64,000 nt of DNA from Felis catus (Eukaryota), in NCBI RefSeq assembly GCF_018350175.1, contig NC_058368.1, forward strand, positions 76,138,001 through 76,202,000, in the 5' to 3' direction. Shown one piece after another: positions 12,531 through 22,572 of the stretch; positions within the stretch are counted from its first letter, which is position 1, and every line of letters starts with the position of its first letter. The notes beneath the pieces were generated by a model, which was given only the letters and a program-made list of their open reading frames with translations, ran no database searches and was not told the DNA's origin. The translations under genes were made by a program, and so were the position numbers.

Positions 12531-13061
12531 CTAAAATAGAGTAGCTGCCGCGACTCGAGTTAAGTCTATTGCCATTTGGTAGATAACCTTCTTATCATGC
12601 AGAAAAATACCAGGGCAGACAAATGGAGCACACAGGAAATGAGACCATCAGCAAAGAAGATAAAGAAGTTTGCACAAAGCACCTTTTTATAAATGGATGG
12701 CTGTCAGTTAAAAATCAATTTCCCGTGGACATGACTAAGAGCAAGCAAGAGGAAAGTAAACATGTTTAAACTATTGGAGAGTCCATAATTTAAATATAGA
12801 CTCTTCTGTTGAGTGGTAGTATGTATTGAATCAGTTCCACGGTGGCGATAACAAATGTCACGCTGCATTTCAGGAGGCACGAGAGAGAGGAAGCACGGGG
12901 AAGAAGAACGAATGCATCATTGATGCTGAATATTTTCGGTTGCCTAGAGCAAAGGCGGTTGGGGCTGCATAAAAACAGATCTTTGAAGATTTAATAGATT
13001 CCTCATTCTCTGTCCGTTGGTCCTCTCAGATTTGTCAAGAGTGAGCTCTGTTTTTCCTTAC

Positions 13062-13076
13062 ACTTAGGTTTTTTAA
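13062..13076 (-). CDS. Putative micro-exon, 15 nt (VKKPK), or 21 nt to 13082
   Basis: Acceptor after a T run, cttgccctaaaagccatag|T; donor AGT|gtaagg. Both acceptor choices keep the frame. Confidence 0.35.
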
Positions 13077-14486
13077 CTATGGCTTTTAGGGCAAGAAAAA
13101 AAAAAGATCGGGTCGAACTTAAACTAATGGGCAATAAAACTTGAAGATTAGAGATGCTGTTTTATTCAGCAGCTAGGTGAGGATCTGCAATGAATTCGAA
13201 CTTTAAAAATGCATGTTTTTCTAATGACACAAGCTGTATCACCATGACATGTTCTTAGAAGGGAAAGATTTGAAATTGCTGACATTTGCATGATAAATTG
13301 GAATGTGTGGAATAGGCAAGGGAAAGAAAATAAAGGCATAACTCAAAATTAAAGGTTACTTGTTAATACTAAAGGCAAAGTTCTAGCTGAATTGGAAGGG
13401 GCGGGGAGGGGGGGAAAGGGTTGCTAATTATTTTTTTTTTCCTAGAGATGGAATGTGAAACCCAGTGTAAAAAGTTCATGAATGAGGCCCAAGGATTGGC
13501 ATTACAGCAAATTCAATGATTTCTGAAATGCATGCTTCTACAAAGAACACACTATTATTCTGTCTAGACTTCATGGCACAGTAGAATAAACAAAGACTGA
13601 CAGCATCAATATATTTCATAAATACATTACTGGAATTTACATTATTTCTGACTATTAATATTTTCTGAGCTACCTTAGTAAAGCAATATGTACATCTTAT
13701 AAAATAAAATCTATTGGTAATGTCATTTGTTAGCAAAGAAATAGTAATGGCATTTATTTCTGAATATATTCATCTTCTTAAGTAAACCTAGGAAATCTGA
13801 ACTTGGACCCATAGATAATTCATTAGGTTCAGTCCATAGGTTTGCTTTCTTAGAGTCTTCTCATACGTATAATATCCTAACACAGTTTTTATAAGATTGC
13901 TTCAAGGGATTTTTTTTGTCCTGAAAGGGAAGGGTATATCTCATATAAAATAAACTATGATGGGTAACTTGTAAAGCTATCGATCGACACGGAGCTGAAA
14001 TAACTTCTAAAACATTTCTTCTGGAGATACACACATTTTTGTAACGAAACCACTAGCAACATATGGAAATCCACCAACAGGCCTCAATTTTTTCAGTCTA
14101 ACATTTCCTAGAGCTGTGGATACAGCGAAGACAACTAAAAATATAATTTTTGAGGACAATTAGTCACTCTCAGGAAATCTATAAATACCAATGGAAAGCA
14201 ATATGGCATAAACATTCTGCCCCACAGGAAAGATGAGCCATGTTATATTATATCATGTCATGATTTGCAACGTTGTGTGATGTAGACATGTTTCACCGGG
14301 TTTTGTTTTTTTTTTTTTTCTTTTACTTTTGTTTTTAGGAATCACTAAAAAGCAAATAGTCCTTCGGCTGAAAGGTCTGTGGAGGATGTAGGAATGCCCC
14401 TCGCCCCTCCTGCCCTGCACTGGGGAATCTTCCGGGAAGGTTCCTTCCTGTTCTCACTTGAGGATGAGGTTTTTGCCTGCTCACAC

Positions 14487-14515
14487 CTACGAAGTTCTTC
14501 CACAAATACGCCTTC
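14487..14515 (-). CDS. Putative micro-exon, 29 nt (KAYLWKNFV); 25- and 31-nt donor alternatives exist
   Basis: Acceptor ggtttgttttcatag|G after a ~150-nt T-rich tract; candidate donors TAG|gtgtga, TTC|gtaggt and GGT|gtgagc. Confidence 0.45.
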
Positions 14516-14823
14516 CTATGAAAACAAACCAAAAAAAAAAAAACCCACAAAAACAAAAAAAAAGGAGCTGAGCAAAACAAACAAACAAACAAACAAAATA
14601 AAAAAATAAAAGGAGCTGAACAAAACAAACCAACCCAAAACAAAAACAAACAAAAACAAAAGGAGCTGAGCACATGGAGTGTGCTTCTTTTGAAAAATAA
14701 AAGAACTAGCTTGATTTCTCAGAGAATTGGGGATACTGAGGAAGCTAAAGTTCACAGATACGATAAAATCACATATGCATCTATGCATGAGTGTGGCTAG
14801 TCATGAACCAGGTTATCTGTTAC

Positions 14824-14863
14824 CTCAGAACATGGTGTTGCTCTAGTTTCTTGCATATAGAAA
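14824..14863 (-). CDS. Putative micro-exon, 40 nt (ISICKKLEQHHVLR in the joined frame)
   Basis: Acceptor tatttttattatag|T, donor GAG|gtaaca. Confidence 0.45.
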
Positions 14864-15117
14864 CTATAATAAAAATATTTAGTGTAAAATAATTAGTAAT
14901 GTGTTGTGCCATAGGATATTGCCAATATTTCTTCACAGAACAGCAAGCCCATACAGTTCTTAATATTAGTTATTTAGAGGTGTGGTAGGTACAATAATAT
15001 ACTGCGTTTAGTTTTTCAATTTGTGCTCATACATGCTGTTTCTTTTATTACTCCTCAGGAATTAGTTTTTAGAATACGCTCTCCAAACTCCATTCATGAT
15101 TTAATAAGTGTTTATAC

Positions 15118-15148
15118 TCTTGGGTTCAAATCTATCCTGATTCTCTTC
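15118..15148 (-). CDS. Putative micro-exon, 31 nt (EENQDRFEPK)
   Basis: Acceptor ggttttcag|G; weak donor AGA|gtataa. An alternative donor CAT|gtatga would give a 116-nt exon (15033-15148) with in-frame stops. Confidence 0.35.
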
Positions 15149-15277
15149 CTGAAAACCATAGCCCCAAATTCATATTGTGCATATAACAAGATACAGGTAT
15201 GAGAAGAAAATTGTTATTGATCATTAAAATACAAACCAAAGGACTTAGGGAATTGATTTCCGACTCATCAATTAAAA

Positions 15278-15495
15278 CAGCAGTCCCAAACCATAGCCTA
15301 GTGACAAAATCCAACCCAATGCCTGTTTATATAAAGAAAGTGTTATTGGAACACAGACGCATTCATTCTTTTTCATTGGGTCTATGGCTGCTTTTGGGCT
15401 ACACAGAGCTCAATAGTTGCAACAGAAACTCTAGCCCTCAAAGTGTAAAACGTTTACCGCCTGGTTCTTCACAGAAAATGTTTGCTGCACCCTGA
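15278..15495 (+). mobile_element. MER58-like hAT-Charlie MITE
   Basis: ttattggaacacag...gtctatggctgctttt...cagaaaatgtttgctgcaccctg. Confidence 0.75.
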
Positions 15496-15554
15496 TTTAA
15501 CACATTGGTAACATTTGATAACTGGAAACCAAACTCTAATACTTTTATATCACG

Positions 15555-15960
15555 TCAGGGTAGACTAGGTGATACTGAAGTGACAAGAAACCCGAATGAT
15601 CATGGTTTAGAACAGCTGGTTTCCTGCTCATACTGATGGCCATCACTGGAGTCCGGGGCTTTGCCCCATGCAGTCATCAACCTCACTGGAGAGTCACATA
15701 GCAGGCGTGGATGGAACAGCTATCTGGAACCGTGCCAGTAACCTTGGCGGAGGAAACAGGAAACACAGTGTCTCAAAAACACACACTGGTCCTTGAAGCT
15801 TGTGATGGAAAATGACATAGGTCACTCACACATCCTTGATCGAAGTCTGTCACGTGGTCTGGTAGCACCTGAATTCAACAACGTAACAAAGGGGACGTCC
15901 TCCAATGAGGAGACGTGGGTACTGAATCACAGCCCTGTCAATGACTATAACTTCCTAGAG
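15555..15960. mobile_element. Old MLT1-like LTR remnant
   Basis: Degenerate MaLR-like segments. Confidence 0.45.
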
Positions 15961-16298
15961 GATGTTATGCCGGCCTCGAGTCTTCAAAAGGCACAGTAAC
16001 CAGTTCTGCCAAGAGGGACGGGGACACTTCTACTCCAGACCCTGCACGTATTACAGTCTGATGGGAGAGAGGAGAAAGAGAAGAAGCAAGAGAGAAGACT
16101 GGATGTGTGGCCAGGGTGGACCCTGGAGGGCCTTGATACAATACCAAGGAACTTCACCTTGACGCTGATCATCATGGGAAGCCAAGAACAATTTTCTTTT
16201 TTCTTTTATGCCACAGGCCTATTTGGCGATAGCTGATACAGCAACAGAACTCTTTGTAAAACCGCATGAAAAATATTCACGACTTGGTTTGTACCCAC

Positions 16299-16349
16299 CT
16301 GAGAATGTTTATTTTTAAAAAGCTCTACAGTGAGACTTTGATAGGAACC
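16299..16349 (-). CDS. Putative exon 2, 51 nt, phase 0-0 (GSYQSLTVELFKNKHSQ)
   Basis: Acceptor tcattttcaatctag|G, donor CAG|gtgggt; open and in frame with exon 1. Confidence 0.5.
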
Positions 16350-16622
16350 CTAGATTGAAAATGATGACTGAAAAGGATGCATCCAGCATTTACTGCGATC
16401 ATAGGTGCTTTCAAACGTACTCAGATGGAAGACAGATCTATGCCCTTCATTGCACACTCTCCATGGTGGGGCCCTGTTACTTCTCAACAGAACGTTCATT
16501 GCAAGAGGCCCATCTCCTCAGTTAAAAATTCATTGATGTATGTCTTCTTCATATTCAGTCCTAATTTTATTTCTAATTAGAAACCAGAGTGGATGTAAGA
16601 TAAAGAATATATGATAGATCTT

Positions 16623-16810
16623 GGGGTATCTGGGTGGCTCAGTCGCGATATCACAGCCTGTGAGTTCCAGCCCCATTATTGCGCTCTGTGCTGACAGCTC
16701 AGAGCCTGTAGCCTGCTTCGGATTCTGTGTCTCCCTCTCTCTCTGTTCGCCCTCTGTCTCTCTCTCTCTCTCTCTCAAAAATAAATAAACATTAACAATA
16801 TTTTTTAAAA
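16623..16810 (+). mobile_element. CAN-SINE with an internal deletion, in putative intron 1
   Basis: Long TSD aaagaatatatgatagatctt. Confidence 0.92.
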
Positions 16811-16944
16811 AGAATATATGATAGATCTTAAAAAGTCGAAAGTATGCTTAAAATATCCTTCCATTCACTTTCAAGTAATCTAAGCGTTGTTTCTTTTTTA
16901 AACCCCAACTCTGCTCAAACCAGACTTTTTTGGGAAAATCTTAC

Positions 16945-16998
16945 CTCTTGTGAACCTGTGGGTCTGCCCTCCCCGGGACTCTGGCTCTGGTCGTCCAT
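16945..16998 (-). CDS. Putative first coding exon part of an unidentified micro-exon gene (MDDQSQSPGEGRPTGSQE)
   Basis: ATG at 16998 (gcagATGG), 18 open codons, then donor GAG|gtaaga in phase 0. Confidence 0.5.
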
Positions 16999-17900
16999 CT
17001 GCTTCTGCTTGGCGCCTAGTGACCCATCTTCTTAACAGCCCATCTTGGGCCGGGTCGGCCTCCTGGCCCTCCGCCCTGCAGCCCTGTCTTCGGGACACCC
17101 TTGGCCAGAGGCTGGAGCCTGGGCCCGGCGGCGTCGAGTTTCCCAAAAGGCCAACAGGGCACCCCTGGAGCCGCAGGGTGCTGCTAGGTGGCGTTGGGTG
17201 GGCGGGGGCAGTAGGTGCAGGTCCGCATGGAGGTGCCAGAGGTTGGGCTCGGATGAGCTGAGCCGCAGGCGGGGCCCAAGGAAGGGCGGAATCCGGCCGG
17301 AGGCGCTGCTCTGCACGCACCCTTCCCCGGAGGAGCCGGGTCTCCAGGGACCTCGGGAGTTACACCTGCTGCCAGGGGGTCCTAGGAGCGGAAACACCTG
17401 CTGCCCTGCTGCCGCGGCCCCTCCTCGCAGGCTCATCTGTAAGGACTCTGGCTCCTGCCACTTGTCACGTCCCCAGTCCTTGTGGGCGCCCGGCCCACAC
17501 TGCGCAAAGTCACAGGCGAGGCCCGCTCAGGTGCAGGAGTGCCGCTCTGCGGTGAAGACGGTGCCAGGGCGGGCCCTCTGCGGCCAGGCGGGGCAGTGAA
17601 GTGCGCATGCGCGGGCCGCCCAGGGGGCAGGCGCCCAGGACGGGGTGGGCGGAGGATGCTGGGAGCGGGGGCAGCGCTGGTGCAGAACCAGGGGTGCCGG
17701 CGGCTTCCAAGGCCAGCCAGGCGCACGTGCTGGCCCATAGCACAGCCTTGGCGCCGCTGGTTCCTCCCGTCAGCTTGGAGCTTTCTAGAATTCATCCCAG
17801 AAGATCCTCGCTGTTTCTCCAGCCTTTCTTCTCCAAAACCGCCTCTGGAATGGAGGGCTACCGACCCTATGCTACATACGGGGTCGGGTAGAGGGTCCAT
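16970..17900 (-). promoter_or_regulatory. CpG-island promoter, most likely driving the minus-strand spliced transcript to its left
   Basis: Only long GC- and CpG-rich non-repeat stretch in the window. Contains an NRF1 palindrome TGCGCATGCGCG (17602-17613), several GGGCGG GC boxes, a CACGTG E-box (~17724) and a CRE-like GTCACGTC (~17464). A strong minus-strand donor GAG|gtaaga sits at its left edge (16945/16944). Confidence 0.85.
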
Positions 17901-18199
17901 CAGTAATCCCACTGCCTTGTCAGGGTTTTACCTCAAATGGGCATGCAAATCAGTTCTGGTCAAATAACCATATAGGTAGGACTATTTGTATGCTTCTAGA
18001 ATGCCCTGGCTCTTAAGAAGATAGGTAGGTAGGTAGATAGATGATAGATAATAGGTGATGGATAGATAAATGATAGATAAATATTTCTTTTTATTTATTT
18101 CTTCCTACCTTTCTTCCAATCCTTTCTTTCTCTCTTTTATTTGTTTTTGCTAAATTCAGTGCTACCCAATAGATTCCCCAGGAAGAGGTAGATGTTCTG

Positions 18200-18362
18200 T
18201 ATCCGTGCTGTCCCATGTCATGACTAATAGTAGCCACATGTGGCTCTTGAGTCCTGAAATGTGGTTAGTGCCACTGAGGAACGGAACTTGGAATTTTATT
18301 TGATTTTGATTCAATGTAAGTAGCCACATGTGTCTAATGGTTGCCCCGCTGAAAAGCACAGC
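18200..18362. mobile_element. MER3/MER33-like hAT MITE
   Basis: gtgctgtcc...tagccacatgtggct...tagccacatgtg...agcacag palindromic layout. Confidence 0.7.
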
Positions 18363-18670
18363 TCTGGATGGCATCATGCCTACATGTAAGGCCGCGGTCG
18401 TATTACAAGCCTGTGAAATGGGACAATACTGATGGTAAAAAGGAGCAACAGAGGAAAATCCACATCCTTGGTGCATCATTGGAGCCCCAGGGGCCGCCCT
18501 AATTCTGATTCTTTGTTAGGTATTTATAAAGGTCTTAGATTTAGGTTTGGATTCTTATGGCATAATCTAAAATATCCTAGCTAATACAGACGGGCCTTAA
18601 TTTTATACCGTCCTATAGTCTCCAGCCTTGCGCTAACGTGTAAGCAATTTCACTATAGGAGTCTTACTCT

Positions 18671-18893
18671 GGGGCGCCTGGGTGGCGCAGTCGGTTAAGC
18701 GTCCGACTTCAGCCAGGTCACGATCTCGCGGTCCGTGAGTTCGAGCCCCGCGTCGGGCTCTGTGCTGATGGCTCAGAGCCTGGAGCCTGTTTCCGATTCT
18801 GTGTCTCCCTCTCTCTCTGCCCCTCCCCCGTTCATGCTCTGTCTCTCTCTGTCCCAAAAATAAATGTTGGAAAAAAAAATTAAAAAAAAAAAA
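18671..18893 (+). mobile_element. Young felid CAN-SINE
   Basis: CpGs intact; TSD aggagtcttactct. Confidence 0.96.
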
Positions 18894-20166
18894 GGAGTCT
18901 TACTCTACCTTTGCGTATCCCACAATGCTTGTGATACACAACGCCTACACTGCATGTATTTGTTGGGAAGCACACAGACCAGGTTGAGGCCCTTTTCTGG
19001 CATTTTCGGCAGTGGGCTCTAAGGTGCAAATTGCCTTGTGAGAGTAGCCGGTATATCTGGTAACCAATCATGAGAAAATACAGAGTTCTCCCCAATATTG
19101 CTCTCAACTGCTCTCCCGTAAGTTAAATGTGATTGCCGTCGAACAGTCTTCCCATCGTTTACAGTAGTGATTTCTTGCACTATTTTGACATGGTTTTCTC
19201 CTAAATAAAAATTTACATAGAAATTCACTGTAAAAGAGCAGATGAACGGATAGCTGCTGGGTGTAGAGGTGGTGGTCAGAAGCTCCACATCATTCCTCTC
19301 TCTGGCTTGACTTGACCCCCTTCTGCAGACCTGGAGGTACCTTCTAACAAGCCCAGGGCTGCTGTGCAGAGAGCTTAGTCTGAAGAACTGAGATCTATAT
19401 GTAAATTTCTACCTTGGTAAAATGCAAAACTATAAATAAGGGTAATTAAGTTCTGTAAGGCAGTAAGCCTTTGGTTATGAAATGAGCTAGCCAATGTTTT
19501 CGTAATATGTAAAAAAAAAAAATTTACAATGTATGTTCAACATTTAAAAGAGTAACACTTCCCTTGCTTTGTTTTTCATGCTGGAAGCATTGACATGAGG
19601 CCATTGGGAAATTGCTGTGTGTGAGCCTAAATTTGTAACACTTGGTTTCCTAAAACACACATTTGTTTTGTCCCCACTTGCCTCCTTTCAAATACTTTTT
19701 TAAGCTGCCAGCGTAAAAATGGTGTATATTTGACAAAAGATGGAAAGGTGAACAAATTTTTCACCTAAAACTCTATTGTTAACAAGTGCAACACTGTCAA
19801 TATTTCTGTATATTTTTTTCCAATCTTATTCTATATCTATATTTTTGCAGTTGTAACCAAATATGTTATATTCTTCTAAACACATAATTAAGAACAGTTT
19901 TTTCTGAATTATATTAGCTAAGAAGACATGTTTCAAGTATGTTTATATATAGCTAGCTAGATCTAAACATACATTTACATACATACATATGTGTGGGTGT
20001 GTCTCTTTTAATGGTTATTTCCCTTGGAAATAACAAAAATCGGGAAAAGAATAGGAGAAAAACAGAAGACTTTGAAAAGAATGATAATTCCATTATCTTC
20101 TCAGCAATAAATGGATTGAACTTTGAAATACATGTAAGTTGATTGATTTAAATATAAAAAGACATA

Positions 20167-20506
20167 CAATGAGAAAGAATGAAATATGGCCTTCTATAGC
20201 AACGTGGATGGAACTGGAGAGTGCTATGCTAAGTGAAATAAGTCATACAGAAAAGGACAGATTCCATATGTTTTCACTCCTATGTGGATCCTGAGAAACT
20301 TAACAGAAGACCATGGGGAGGGGAAGAAAAAAAAAATGTTAGAGAGGGAGGGAGCCGAAACATAAGAGACTCCTAAAAACTGAGAACAAACTGAGGGTTT
20401 ATGGGGGTGGGAGGGAGGGTTGGGTGGGTGATGGGTATTGAGGAGGGCACTTGTTGGGATGAGCACTGGGTGTTGTATGGAAACCAGTTTGACAATAAAT
20501 TTCATA

Positions 20507-20538
<32 letters not shown>

Positions 20539-20548
20539 AATAAATAAA
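20167..20548 (+). mobile_element. 5'-truncated felid-type LINE-1 (ORF2 C-terminus, 3'UTR, tail)
   Basis: Encodes MRKNEIWPSIATWMELESAMLSEISHTEKDRFHMFSLLCGS*, matching the L1 ORF2 end; G-rich 3'UTR, aataaa and (TAAA)n tail. Confidence 0.93.
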
Positions 20549-20692
20549 GCAAGCCATATGTGGCTAATGGCTACCATATTGAAGAGCGTCATTCTAGAGA
20601 GTGGTGTCATGCTTGGATACAAGGTCACTGTCATGCTACAAGCCTGTAGAAGACAACACTATGATGGTAAAAAAAAAAAAAAAGAGCAATGG

Positions 20693-20922
20693 AGGGACGC
20701 CTGGGTGGTTCAGTCGGTTAAGCGTCTGACTCTTGGTTTTTGGCTCAGGTCCTGATCTCACCTGATTGAGGTGATGCATGAGATCGAAGCCCGAGTTGGG
20801 CTCTGCGCTGTCAGCACAGAACCTGCTTGGGATTTCCTCTCTCCCCCTCTCTCTCTGCTCCTTGCCCTCGTGTGTGCTTTCTCTCTCTTTCTAAAGTAAA
20901 TAAATAAAATAAGCTTAAAAAA
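20693..20922 (+). mobile_element. CAN-SINE
   Basis: TSD gagcaatggag. Confidence 0.92.
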
Positions 20923-22532
20923 AAGGAGCAATGGAGAAAACCCATGTCTTTTGCGCATCACTGAAACTCTATATAAACCAAGCCCAATGGCTACCCTAAC
21001 TCTAGATTCCCTGTGAGGTGTTTATAAGGTTCTGTATTATTTAATCAGGATTTCAATCGCATGAACCTGAAAGCATCCTAAATAACACACATTCCCTCCT
21101 TAACTGTATCGATTGTGCCCTATCCTTAGGGCCTTATCGTCCTATATTTATCAGCACTAAACATTAGCATTCAAAAAAAAAAATCTGCAAAAGTTGACTA
21201 ACAAAAATAACGGAAAACTAAAAGCTGTGTGTTTGCTGCATGCAAGATATTATAAATCACTTTTTCTTACTATCTCCCTTCATCCTCACAGCAATCAAGA
21301 CTTGGGATTCCCACTACCCCTAATTTGCAAATGAGGAAATATTAACACACTACCTGCTGGGGCTATGGTCTCCAACACAATCAGACTCAAAGCCCAGCAT
21401 TTCTTGCATTTCCCACCAATGTTATGCAATAAAACACGATTTCAGGTCTTTGCTCGTTTGTCTCCTTCTGGGGGAGGCTTTCTTTGTATGCCCGACTTAG
21501 AATTCCTACTGCTGCCACTCACAATGTCCTCTTTTGTGCACCGCCCTGCTTTTTTTCTCTCTTCCGTACTTCATAATATCTCACATAGAATGATATGTAT
21601 TGTTTTCTATATTTCCATCATCGTCTCCAGGAAGATGGGCTTCATGAAGACAGAGATTTCCTTTCTTCTATTTTGTTTACTGCTATATTCCCAGTCCCTG
21701 CCTATAGACGACATTCAAAACGCATGTGTTTAAGGCAGGAACGAATGTTCTACTTTGCTCTTCTTGGATTAATAGTGCTATAAACTTTTAAAATGATGAT
21801 CAATCACTTTTCTTTTTTTCTTTTGAGTGATGTCTATTTCTCCTCTGAATCTGGCTCAGTCATGGAACTTAAGGCCCAGTTGCTAAAGACCAGGTGTGGC
21901 AAATGATCGCTTATCTGTACTATCTTCCAGAGATTTCTTCTCGTGCCCAGCTGAACTAAATTTCCGGTACCTCTTTTCTCTGGATTCCAATCCTCCGGCT
22001 CCGTTTCTGGCGATTGATTTTTAGGGTATCGTGACTATGCAGAGGGATTTGGAAACACTTTTTCTGGTCTGTGGAAACTTGGTGTGGGGCTCACTCTGGG
22101 TCTCCCCATTGTTGAGCTGGAGTTTACCTGTGAAAGCCTTGACAGGTGGGGCCAACCCGCACAGGCCCAGGAAGCTCAAGGCGTTAGACAGTTACTTGTT
22201 TTGAGCCTCTGGATTGGCATATTATGTGTTAACCAATATTTTCTTCTTGAAAAAAAATCTGTATTTGTTCTCTGTAATAAAAGAGTAACTTCTCATTATT
22301 TATTGAAAACACTTCTCTCAGTTCTAGTATTTATAAGTTGCCACGTGGATTTGTATCTTAGGTTTTTTTTTTTTTTTCTTATCAGCTCTGGTTTCTTTCT
22401 TCTAACAAATTATTAGATCTTTACAGTTCATTCCTAACTTTAACCTCTTGTCAAAATATGCACATTTTTTTAAATTCACAGTTTATCCTAAAGTTCTAAT
22501 TCTCTCTAGTAAGAAGTGTATTCTCAGATTTC

Positions 22533-22572
<40 letters not shown>

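Noticed and set aside
12488..14515. Resemblance of the joined peptide to the ABCA N-terminal LWKN motif or to a LOTUS domain
   Set aside because: Only a few matching residues, and they depend on which splice choices are made; no gene name assigned.
14520..14675. Repeat-spacer-like array
   Set aside because: Mammalian DNA with low-complexity A-rich spacers and no cas genes; not CRISPR.
16481..16572. Possible minus-strand exon in intron 1
   Set aside because: Stops in all three frames; at most a cryptic or poison exon, so left out of the model.
16898..17967. Overlapping 100-184 aa ORFs across the CpG island
   Set aside because: Expected in GC-rich DNA; several start at GTG/TTG, have low-complexity P/G/R/A composition and no recognisable domain.
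18671..18750. tRNA-like A/B-box sequences in SINE heads
   Set aside because: tRNA-derived SINE heads followed by (CT)n and poly-A with TSDs; not tRNA genes.
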